DNA of 64,000 nucleotides from an uncultured Lachnospiraceae bacterium (GTDB taxonomy: Bacteria; Bacillota; Clostridia; Lachnospirales; Lachnospiraceae): assembly GCA_947178125.1 (NCBI GenBank), contig CAMWXB010000003.1, forward strand, positions 28,919 to 92,918. Reading direction: 5' to 3'. Below the pieces are notes generated by a model. The model was not told the DNA's origin. It saw only the letters and a list, made by a program, of their open reading frames with translations, and made no database searches. A program made the translations under genes and the position numbers. Shown here piece by piece: positions 8,480-17,130 of this stretch; position 1 is the first letter of the stretch, and each line of letters starts with the position of its first letter.

Positions 8480-10324
8480 ATGCCATCTACATTTTTTGGA
8501 TTAACAATAGCATCATCAGGACTCAGGGCTGCAAATGCGGCGCTCAATACGACAGGCAATAATATCAGTAATGTTGATACACTGGGCTACAGCCGTCAGG
8601 CAGTTACAACAGAGGCAGCACAGGCATTGCGTGTTTTTGCGACATACGGATGTGCGGGAGCCGGTGTTGAGACGATTGCGATCGAGCGTATCCGCGACAG
8701 CTTTTATGATGTCAAGTATCGGGAGAATGAGACGAGACTGGGTGAATATGATATTAAGGCATACTATATGCGTATGATAGAGAACTATCTGACGGATGAT
8801 AAGATATCCGGGTTCAAGACGATTTATGATAAGATCAGCGCAGCGCTGGAAGAGGTTACGAAGAACAGCAGTTCTACTTCCACTAAAGCGGAGTTTGTGT
8901 CTACCGTAAAGAACCTGACGGATTACTTTAACAATATGTACGGTAATCTGCAGAATCTTCAGGCGGATGTCAACGATGAGATCAAGATGCGCGTTGATGA
9001 GATCAACTCTATCGCACAGGATATTGCGACTGTCAATAAACAGATCAATGTTATCGAGCAGACGGGCGTTATTGCCAATGAACTGCGGGATAAAAGAGAT
9101 GTCCTGCTGGATCAGCTGTCCGGCATCGTTGATATGTCAACGGAAGAACTGCCGATTTTGAATCAGGCCGGAGAACCTTCGAATATGAACAGACTGATCG
9201 TCAGAATTGCCGGCGGGCAGGTATTGGTGGATTCGGATGATTACAGACAGTTAGAATGTATTGCAAGGAAAACAGAAGAGAAAGTGAACCAGTCGGATGT
9301 TGACGGGCTTTATGATATTCGATGGACGGACGGTATTGACTTCGGCCTGTATAATGAATCTATGGGCGGAGAACTGCGCGGACTGATTCAGATGCGCGAC
9401 GGTAATAACGGCGAGTATTTTAATGGTAAGGTAGATGGTCTTTATTATAATGTCGATACGACCAGGGTGGTCATCCATACGGATGCAGAATATCTTGGAA
9501 ATATGAGCAAGTGTACGCTCTCGGATACGGGCGGCAAGATAAATATCGGCAACCAGATTTATTATTATACCGAGTGGACTTACGACGGAGACGGTAATTA
9601 TTCTTTTATTATCGATAATAAAAAGAGCGATATGCCGCTCGTGAACGGTAAGATGGGTTTGGAAGCATCCATCGGCGCCGAGGTTCGTTATCAGGGTATT
9701 CCCTATTATATGGAGCAGATGAATGAATGGATCCGCGATTTCGCGAAGGCAGTCAACGATATTTTCACACAAGGCGTTACCGAGAAGAGCGAGGATGCAG
9801 GTATTCTTCTGACAGGTAATCTCCTGACGGAAAGCGGTCAGTATACAGAGGGCTGGCTGAATGGTGTGACAAGAAATGACAAAGGTAAAGTAAATGATAA
9901 AGGATATTATCATATTACGGCGGGCAATTTCGCGGTTGTCGAAGAAATTATGAAAGATGCTTCCCTGCTCGGAACGAGATCTGATCCGACTGCGGGTGTG
10001 GATGAATGCGAGCAGGTCAAGAAAGTCATTTCCATGATGAATGATGTGAATCAGTTCAACTTCCGGGGAAGGAATGCGGGAGGATTTCTGGAATGTGTGC
10101 TTTCGGATGCGGCTCTGAACGGCGAGAATGCGGAGACATTTTATACTACCTACCTGAGTTTGGAGACAAGTATCGACAATCAGCGGACTTCCATTTCGGG
10201 TGTGGATGAGGATGAAGAAGCGGTCAGCCTTGTAAAATATCAGAATTCCTATACGCTGGCTTCTAAAATGATCTCAACTCTGACGGAAATTTATGACAGG
10301 CTGATCCTGCAGACGGGTGTTTGA
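8480..10324 (+). CDS. FlgK-like hook-associated protein, copy 2 (614 aa)
   Basis: N-terminus SGLRAANAALNTTGNNISNVDTLGYSRQ and C-terminus DEEAVSLVKYQNSYTLASKMIS. It has the same termini architecture as copy 1 but a divergent, longer central region. Confidence 0.8.
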   Translation: MPSTFFGLTIASSGLRAANAALNTTGNNISNVDTLGYSRQAVTTEAAQALRVFATYGCAGAGVETIAIERIRDSFYDVKYRENETRLGEYDIKAYYMRMIENYLTDDKISGFKTIYDKISAALEEVTKNSSSTSTKAEFVSTVKNLTDYFNNMYGNLQNLQADVNDEIKMRVDEINSIAQDIATVNKQINVIEQTGVIANELRDKRDVLLDQLSGIVDMSTEELPILNQAGEPSNMNRLIVRIAGGQVLVDSDDYRQLECIARKTEEKVNQSDVDGLYDIRWTDGIDFGLYNESMGGELRGLIQMRDGNNGEYFNGKVDGLYYNVDTTRVVIHTDAEYLGNMSKCTLSDTGGKINIGNQIYYYTEWTYDGDGNYSFIIDNKKSDMPLVNGKMGLEASIGAEVRYQGIPYYMEQMNEWIRDFAKAVNDIFTQGVTEKSEDAGILLTGNLLTESGQYTEGWLNGVTRNDKGKVNDKGYYHITAGNFAVVEEIMKDASLLGTRSDPTAGVDECEQVKKVISMMNDVNQFNFRGRNAGGFLECVLSDAALNGENAETFYTTYLSLETSIDNQRTSISGVDEDEEAVSLVKYQNSYTLASKMISTLTEIYDRLILQTGV

Positions 10325-10349
10325 TAAATAAAGAAGGGATGGTAGTGTT

Positions 10350-12050
10350 ATGAGAATAACGAACAGAATCATGCGGAATAATTCGCTGTATAATATTAAT
10401 CAGAACAAGATACTGGAAGATAAGCTGAGCAATCAGATGACGAATCAGAGTAAGATTACAAGGCCTTCCGATGACCCTGTTGTGGCAATCAGAGCTTTGC
10501 GTCTCCGTACTAATGTAACGATGGTATCGCAGTATTATGATAAGAACTCGGAGGATGCGGACAGCTGGCTTTCTATCACCGGCGATGCACTGAATACGGT
10601 GGGCGATGTGCTGACAGACCTTTATAAGCAGGTTGAGGATGCTTCCAAGAAATCTCTGACATCGGCAGATTTGGATATTATTTTAACACAGATAAATGCC
10701 CTGACAACGGAATTTTATGCAAGCGGTAACGTAGACTTTGCAGGACGGTATGTATTTTCCGGTTTCAGGACCGATACACCGATTACCTTTACCGAAGAGA
10801 ATATCAAGGAATTTAATAAGGACCCGGAGAACAAACAAAGCTATGTCATCGAGGAGACACGAGGCTATAAGGATATTACCAGTATCAGTTATACGGACTG
10901 GAAAAATCAGACAGGCGGCGTGAAAGATGATGAGACACAGATTTATAACAAAACATTGTACCGATTCCGTTTGTCTTACGATGAACTGGATGAGACAATA
11001 AAGTCGCTCGATGCAAATGGGCAGACAGTTACGAAAACGGCTTTGCAGTTGGAAATCACAGGAGCAGATCCGACAGCAGCGAACGGAATTACGGTGTTCC
11101 AGAACGCAGAGGATGCTTATAAGGCGGTTGCCGATGGCAATGCAACGATGGCTTATATTCCTTCCACCGGTGAAATCGTGTTCGGTGAAAAATATTATAA
11201 CGACCCGCTGAAGGTTAACGAAAATATGCAGGTGAGAATCAAATACTCCAAGAGCACCTGGGAGGAAGGTGATATCAATCCTGTCCACTATTTCCACTGT
11301 ATCGCGAGCGACCAGCAGAATGCGCAGCGCGCGATGGATTTGGAAGGCGCGAAGAATACGCTGGAAAAGGCACAGTCAGATCTGAAAATAGCAGAGTCGA
11401 GTAGCAGCAGCACACCGGCACAGCTCGCAGCAGCCCGCAAAGCGGTCGAAGATGCACAGGCTGTAGTGGATGACATTATGAGCAATGTGATCGAGTACAA
11501 TCTTGAGGGTCAGGACCAGGATATCTATTACGCAATGGGCTTTAATCAGGATATTCAGGTAAATACCCTTGCGCATGAAGTGTTTACACATGGTGCAAGA
11601 AGGGATGCGGATGATTTCAAAATCTATCTGAAGCAGCTTCAGGATGTAGAGGCGTCCATAAAAGACATTGAAACGAAGATGAAGGAATATGCGGAGGATA
11701 CGCCGGAATATAAGGATTTACAATTACAGCTCGATGCGGCCAACAAAGCATATACTTATGTGAGAGAAAATGTTCAGAAAAAGTTCGAAAATCAGATTAC
11801 AAGATATCAGAGTTATATCGATGATACCAATGTGGCAGTTACGGATAACGGTACAAGAAGAAGCCGTCTGGAGCTGATCCAGAATCGGTTAATGAACCAG
11901 AAAGCCACCTTTAAGGATTTACAGAGCGCTAACGAAGATGTGGATGTGACGGAAGTTGCCGTACAGCTCAAGAGTTCGGAACTTACCTATGAGGCGGCGC
12001 TGGCGGCTACGAGTAAGATCATGCAGACCAATCTGATGAATTACATCTAA
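10350..12050 (+). CDS. flgL: flagellar hook-associated protein 3 (FlgL), enlarged (566 aa)
   Basis: N-terminus MRITNRIMRNNSLYNINQNK...ITRPSDDPVVAIRALRLR and C-terminus NEDVDVTEVAVQLKSSELTYEAALAATSKIMQTNLMNYI are flagellin-superfamily termini typical of FlgL. Confidence 0.8.
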   Translation: MRITNRIMRNNSLYNINQNKILEDKLSNQMTNQSKITRPSDDPVVAIRALRLRTNVTMVSQYYDKNSEDADSWLSITGDALNTVGDVLTDLYKQVEDASKKSLTSADLDIILTQINALTTEFYASGNVDFAGRYVFSGFRTDTPITFTEENIKEFNKDPENKQSYVIEETRGYKDITSISYTDWKNQTGGVKDDETQIYNKTLYRFRLSYDELDETIKSLDANGQTVTKTALQLEITGADPTAANGITVFQNAEDAYKAVADGNATMAYIPSTGEIVFGEKYYNDPLKVNENMQVRIKYSKSTWEEGDINPVHYFHCIASDQQNAQRAMDLEGAKNTLEKAQSDLKIAESSSSSTPAQLAAARKAVEDAQAVVDDIMSNVIEYNLEGQDQDIYYAMGFNQDIQVNTLAHEVFTHGARRDADDFKIYLKQLQDVEASIKDIETKMKEYAEDTPEYKDLQLQLDAANKAYTYVRENVQKKFENQITRYQSYIDDTNVAVTDNGTRRSRLELIQNRLMNQKATFKDLQSANEDVDVTEVAVQLKSSELTYEAALAATSKIMQTNLMNYI

Positions 12051-12068
12051 TAAGAGAGGGAAAACTTT

Positions 12069-12530
12069 ATGACGATAATGACAAGAGTATTCGGTGAGAT
12101 TACAATAGACGATGACAGGATTATCAAATTCTCCAAAGGAATTGTCGGATTCCCGGACCTGACGGATTTTGCGCTGCTTCATGACTCGGAAAAAGGAACC
12201 GATTCCATTCATTGGCTGCAGTCTTTACAGGAGCCCGGTTTCGCAATGCCGGTCATGGATCCGCTGCGGGTATGCCCTGACTATAATCCGGAAGTCGATG
12301 ATGAAATCCTGCAGAATCTTGGAGAATTGAATCCGGACGAAATGCTGGTGCTCGTTACGATGACCGTACCGAAAGACGTGAAACGGATGTCTGTCAACCT
12401 GAAAGGACCGATTGTCATTAACGCGGCACAGAAAACAGCAATACAGGTCATTGTGGAAGGCGATGAATATCCGGTGAAGTTTCCGATTTACGATATTCTG
12501 GAAGCCAATAAAAAGAAAGCAGGTGATTAG
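12069..12530 (+). CDS. fliW: flagellar assembly factor FliW
   Basis: RVFGEITIDDDRIIKFSKGIVGFPDLTDFALL...WLQSLQEPGFAMPVMDP...NLKGPIVIN is the FliW signature. The gene lies directly upstream of csrA. Confidence 0.9.
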   Translation: MTIMTRVFGEITIDDDRIIKFSKGIVGFPDLTDFALLHDSEKGTDSIHWLQSLQEPGFAMPVMDPLRVCPDYNPEVDDEILQNLGELNPDEMLVLVTMTVPKDVKRMSVNLKGPIVINAAQKTAIQVIVEGDEYPVKFPIYDILEANKKKAGD

Positions 12531-12749
12531 ATGTTAGCTTTATCCAGAAAAAAGAGCGAAGCGCTTATTATCAACAATAACATTGAAGTCACTGTGCTTG
12601 AGATCAAAGGAGAGCAGGTGAAACTCGGTATCAGCGCACCGAAGGAAGTGCCTATTTACCGAAAGGAAGTTTATATGCAGATTCAGGACTCCAATAAGGA
12701 AGCAATGAATACAGACGGTCTGGATGCGCTGCAGAATCTGCTGAAGTGA
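12531..12749 (+). CDS. csrA: carbon storage regulator CsrA
   Basis: MLALSRKKSEALIINNNIEVTVLEIKGEQVKLGISAPKEVPIYRKEVY is the canonical CsrA sequence. Its ATG directly abuts the fliW stop. Confidence 0.9.
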   Translation: MLALSRKKSEALIINNNIEVTVLEIKGEQVKLGISAPKEVPIYRKEVYMQIQDSNKEAMNTDGLDALQNLLK

Positions 12750-12863
12750 CAGGGATGAAAGAAAGAGTCGGGAAATCCTGAAAAATAATAGGAAATATCA
12801 TAAGATATGGGGAAGTGATGGTTACAGCGCTTCCCTGTAATTATATTATAAGGAAGAAATTTT

Positions 12864-13931
12864 ATGAAGAAAGTAAGTGTGGTGATTCCATGTTATAATG
12901 CGGTGAAATATATTGAAAGATGTATGAGATATTTGCTGGATCAGACGATAGGTATTGATAATATGGAGATTATTTTGGTGGATGATGCTTCAACAGATGG
13001 CGGGGAAACACTTCATTTGCTGCTGGAATATGAGGCAAGGTATCCGGATTCGATCATTGTGATTTCTCTTGAACAGAATATGCGTCAGGGCGGAGCCAGG
13101 AATGTGGGTATTTCTTATGCCGGCGGAGAATATTTGATGTTTTGTGACGTAGATGACTGGCTGGTGTCCGATGCGATGGAGAAATTATATCACATAGCAA
13201 AAGAAACAGACGCGGATGTGGTAGAGTTTCGAAACAAAGAAGTAACGGATAATACTATTGAGGCGGAAACGTTTTCTGGAGATGAGAAGAAGAGTCATAT
13301 ATACGAGTTTGATGAGGGAGAAGAGAAACGGCAGTTCATTATGTCTTCCTCTGAGGATTGTGGGTTAGGATGCTGGACCAAATTCTATCGGATGTCTGTT
13401 ATTCAGGATAATCAGATTCGATTTGCGGAGCATTTAATTTGCGAGGAACCTTCTTTTACTTTACCCGTCCGATTTTATGAAAAAAGACATGTGCTGACAA
13501 ATGAGATTTTCTATTGTTATTATCAGTCTCCCAATAGTACGATGCGGAGCAGCTGGGACGAGCGGAAGTTTGACAATATTACGGTTTGGATGACTTTGAT
13601 AGAGGATTTGCGGAAAAGAGGGTTTTTAGAGCCGTATCACGAAGAACTGGAATTTATGTTTTATGAATGGGGATTCGGGATGAGTATCAGAATGCTGGTC
13701 GCAAGATGCTATTTACTGACAAAGGAGGAACTGAATTTATTTAAAAAAAATACACTGCAACTGTTCCCGGAGATATTGCAGAATCCATATGTTGTAAAAA
13801 AAGAGGACGGTTGGAATCTGTTAATGAAAGGGCTTCTTGAAATGGAACTGACAGACGGGAATGTGCCGGAACTGAATCGCCTGATGAGATATTTTATACA
13901 GCGTTGTCAAGAAATATCCGGTGAAGCGTGA
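12864..13931 (+). CDS. family 2 glycosyltransferase
   Basis: N-terminus VSVVIPCYNAVKYIERCMRYLLDQT...ILVDDASTDG...FCDVDDW carries the GT-A DxD motifs. Confidence 0.85.
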   Translation: MKKVSVVIPCYNAVKYIERCMRYLLDQTIGIDNMEIILVDDASTDGGETLHLLLEYEARYPDSIIVISLEQNMRQGGARNVGISYAGGEYLMFCDVDDWLVSDAMEKLYHIAKETDADVVEFRNKEVTDNTIEAETFSGDEKKSHIYEFDEGEEKRQFIMSSSEDCGLGCWTKFYRMSVIQDNQIRFAEHLICEEPSFTLPVRFYEKRHVLTNEIFYCYYQSPNSTMRSSWDERKFDNITVWMTLIEDLRKRGFLEPYHEELEFMFYEWGFGMSIRMLVARCYLLTKEELNLFKKNTLQLFPEILQNPYVVKKEDGWNLLMKGLLEMELTDGNVPELNRLMRYFIQRCQEISGEA

Positions 13932-13996
13932 ACATGGAAAATCCGGTGAGTATTAAGTACAGAGAGGACATTTTTTCGGAAGCATCTCCATGAAAT

Positions 13997-15184
13997 TCAG
14001 GGATTGCTCAAAATCCGTATCATTTCGGCCAGACGCGTTTCATAGGTGTGGTATTTGACTGTTTTTTCATAGCCGTGTATGGCAATATTCATTCTTTCGG
14101 CTTCGTGATGCAGATAGTAGTCTACTTTCTGGATGAGCTCGTCAGTGCTCTCATACACCTCCAAATCTTTTCCGATTTCAAAATATTCCGGTATTTCTGC
14201 CTGATAATTGGTGAGCAGAAAACCGCCGCAGCCGAGTATATCCCAGATACGCAGAGAGAGTCCTGTTTCGATTGGGCGCATGGTGATATTCAGATTGATT
14301 TTGGAAGCCTGAAAGATTTTGGGCATTTCCGTCAGCGTACTGGCCCCGCCTTTTGTATGGACACGGGGAAGTCCGGACGTATCACTGCGGGTATAGAGCG
14401 ATACATCAAAGCGCTCTGACAGCGAGGAGAGGATCGCGTGCCTTTCCACACTGGCAAGCTTCATGCCGATATATTGATGTGCGACAAGATAACGGTCTGT
14501 ATCCAGAAAGATATCCTGCCCTTTGTAAAAAAGGGGATCCGCCGAAGCGATTTCCCGTATGACATCTTCAGAAAGCGTATCATAGATGAAATTGTAGCCA
14601 AAGACTTTCAGCTGCGCCTGTATCAGCCCGTTTACATAGCCCTGCGTATAAGAGGAGAGAGAATTGTTCTCAAGCAGCTTGTCATAACGGCATTTTTCGG
14701 AATAGAGAGAGCCGACAAAAGACACATCATGGCCATATTTCCGGTAATCCGCCTCTGTCATATCAAGAATTACTTTTTCCCAGCGTTTTGCATTTGTAGC
14801 AAGAGGCAGATAGTAGATGTGCTCGGGGTTATAGGGGTGAAAAAAATCGTACTGCGCTCTGTCGAATAAAAAGATGCGGTTCCATTCGTTTTTCAGCGCA
14901 TTTGAAAAAAGCTCCGGGACAGGACTATCTACGCTCCAGCAGACATAAGGTACTTTGAAATGGCTGCATGTATAGGAAATTGCGGGATAGAAGTTGACGC
15001 TGAATATGAAGGAGAGTTTATGTGAAAGAATCCATTCTGTGATTTTCATAGCACAGCGGGCGGGTGTGACCTGTTTGTCAGTCATTTCCATTTCTTCTCT
15101 ATGCACGGTGATGCCGAAGGATTCAAATACCTGGATGATATCAGGTTCACATATACTGTTGTATCGATAAATCAGAATTTCCAT
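13997..15184 (-). CDS. CgeB-like glycosyltransferase (DUF3880 + GT1-like C-terminal domain), paralog 1
   Basis: KINLNITMRPIETGLSLRIWDILGCGGFLLTNYQAEIPEYFEIGKDLEVY...HGYEKTVKYHTYETR resembles the CgeB spore-maturation family. It is clearly paralogous to 15343-16515 and 26776-28047. Confidence 0.6.
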   Translation of the reverse strand: MEILIYRYNSICEPDIIQVFESFGITVHREEMEMTDKQVTPARCAMKITEWILSHKLSFIFSVNFYPAISYTCSHFKVPYVCWSVDSPVPELFSNALKNEWNRIFLFDRAQYDFFHPYNPEHIYYLPLATNAKRWEKVILDMTEADYRKYGHDVSFVGSLYSEKCRYDKLLENNSLSSYTQGYVNGLIQAQLKVFGYNFIYDTLSEDVIREIASADPLFYKGQDIFLDTDRYLVAHQYIGMKLASVERHAILSSLSERFDVSLYTRSDTSGLPRVHTKGGASTLTEMPKIFQASKINLNITMRPIETGLSLRIWDILGCGGFLLTNYQAEIPEYFEIGKDLEVYESTDELIQKVDYYLHHEAERMNIAIHGYEKTVKYHTYETRLAEMIRILSNP

Positions 15185-15342
15185 AAACTGCTACCTTTTT
15201 ATTCCCTTTTTATGTTATAGTAGTCATAGAAATAGTGTAATGGAAAATGGGGAAAGTGCCAAGAGTAAAATGAAACTTTTTAGACATAAAATTTTCGATT
15301 AGAAAACTTTTTCATTTAGAATAAGGAGACATATATACTGCC

Positions 15343-16515
15343 ATGAAAATATTATTTATAGCAAGCGAGAATCAGCAGATTGCAAGCATTATGTGTGCAT
15401 TGGACAGAATGGGACACGAGACAGGAATGTATCCGAAATCGATAGAAACGATCGACAGCATTGAGGATGAAGAGAAACGGTTGAAAACTTTTCTGATGAA
15501 TAACAAGGTGGATTTCGTCATTTCAAATCTTTTTGCGCCCGTTATAGCACGGCTGACCTGGGGACTGGAAATCAAATATGCTGTTTATGGAATGGATTCT
15601 CCCATGTATGAAACGTATCTCCCGGTAATTCCACGTTATGATAATTGTTATCTTTTTTTCTTTGATAAGAGAGAATATCAAATGGCAAGGCGGAAAGAAT
15701 ATACGAATGTATATTATCTGCCCCTGGCAGCCGATGTTGCATGGACAGAAAATCTGGTCATTACGGATGAAGAAATCAGGAAGTACGGCTGTGATATGTC
15801 TTTTGTCGGAAGTCTGTACAGCAATAATATATATGATTGTTATAGCGAAAGGTTTTCTGATGAGGCTGGTCAGATATTTTCTGAAATTATGGAACAGAGC
15901 GCATTTCAGTGGGATGGACAGGACAGACTCGGTATGTTGTTAACACCGGAGCTGACCGCTTATATAAGAAAAGTATGCCCTGAGGTGTATTCAAAACCGT
16001 ATGAATTATCGGATGAATATTTTTTGAAAGAATATTTTCTGGCCAGGAAGCTGACGCATATAGAAAGGACGCTCCTGATGGAACTTTTGGCAGAACGGTA
16101 TGACATTCATTTGTATACGAGAAATGATGAAATTGTTCCGGAGGGCATCCGGAGGTTCCCGGAAGTATCACAAATGACGGGTGGATTTAAAATATTCTAT
16201 TCCAGTAAAATTAATTTGAATATTACAATGCGAAGCATTGAGAGCGGTGTTCCGCTCAGGGTCTTCGATATTATGAGTGTAGGCGGTTTTGTTTTGTCGA
16301 ACTATCAGGAGGAAATTCCTGAGCTGTTTGAAGAAGGGAAAGAAATTGTGACTTTTCGCACACCGGAAGAATTAGTCGATAAGGCGGATTATTATCTGAA
16401 GCACGAAAAAGAACGTATGAGGATTGGGCTCAATGGATATCAGAAGGTGAAAAAATGTTATACATATGAGCAGCAATTAAATAAAATTATTTCCATTTTA
16501 TTTCCGGCACACTAA
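15343..16515 (+). CDS. CgeB-like glycosyltransferase, paralog 2
   Basis: KINLNITMRSIESGVPLRVFDIMSVGGFVLSNYQEEIPELFEEGKEIVTF...NGYQKVKKCYTYEQQ. It is divergently arranged with paralog 1. Confidence 0.6.
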   Translation: MKILFIASENQQIASIMCALDRMGHETGMYPKSIETIDSIEDEEKRLKTFLMNNKVDFVISNLFAPVIARLTWGLEIKYAVYGMDSPMYETYLPVIPRYDNCYLFFFDKREYQMARRKEYTNVYYLPLAADVAWTENLVITDEEIRKYGCDMSFVGSLYSNNIYDCYSERFSDEAGQIFSEIMEQSAFQWDGQDRLGMLLTPELTAYIRKVCPEVYSKPYELSDEYFLKEYFLARKLTHIERTLLMELLAERYDIHLYTRNDEIVPEGIRRFPEVSQMTGGFKIFYSSKINLNITMRSIESGVPLRVFDIMSVGGFVLSNYQEEIPELFEEGKEIVTFRTPEELVDKADYYLKHEKERMRIGLNGYQKVKKCYTYEQQLNKIISILFPAH

Positions 16516-16539
16516 ATTATTATCGCGATATTCCGATAT
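16513..16539 (+). promoter_or_regulatory. sigma-28-type promoter upstream of flaG-fliD-fliS
   Basis: TAAATTAT-N11-TCCGATAT, about 105 nt upstream of the flaG ATG. Confidence 0.6.
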
Positions 16540-16647
16540 ATACAACAAGAGACTATTTTTCTTTACGAAAATAGTCGGGACGATTCTAAAAATTCTAAAT
16601 AATAAAGAAGGAACAATTCACAAAGTATCACACGGAGGTGATTAACA

Positions 16648-17112
16648 ATGGCACTTGAACCATTAAGCAGCGTAATGACTTTTCAGGCACAGGATGTAGT
16701 GAAACCGAAAGTCCAGTCTGTTCAGCCGGTTGACATGGAAGTTTCACCGGATGACCAGGCATCTAAAGTGGACGCTACTACGGCATCGATCGTTAAGGCT
16801 CAAGCGGAAGACGACGAGGCGGGCAGCGGAAGCGACAAGGAGAAGGATGCGGGCGGGAACCCCAGGCAGGCATTAAATTCTCAGCAGGCAGCATCGGAAC
16901 CTTTGAAAAAAGCGGTAGCAGAAATGAATCGCAAGATCAACAGCAAAGAAGAAGCAATTTTTGGTGTCCATGAAGATACGAACAGAATCATGATCAAAAT
17001 CGTTGATAAGGACACAAAGGAAATTGTTAAGGAATTTCCGCCGGAAAAGACCCTTGATATGATCGCAAAGGTCTGGGAGATTGCAGGAATCCTTGTAGAT
17101 GAGAAGTTATAA
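16648..17112 (+). CDS. flaG: FlaG family flagellar protein
   Basis: The C-terminus HEDTNRIMIKIVDKDTKEIVKEFPPEKTLDMIAKVWEIAGILVD is the FlaG signature. The gene lies upstream of fliD. Confidence 0.75.
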   Translation: MALEPLSSVMTFQAQDVVKPKVQSVQPVDMEVSPDDQASKVDATTASIVKAQAEDDEAGSGSDKEKDAGGNPRQALNSQQAASEPLKKAVAEMNRKINSKEEAIFGVHEDTNRIMIKIVDKDTKEIVKEFPPEKTLDMIAKVWEIAGILVDEKL

Positions 17113-17130
17113 GAGATAGGAGGAAGACAG

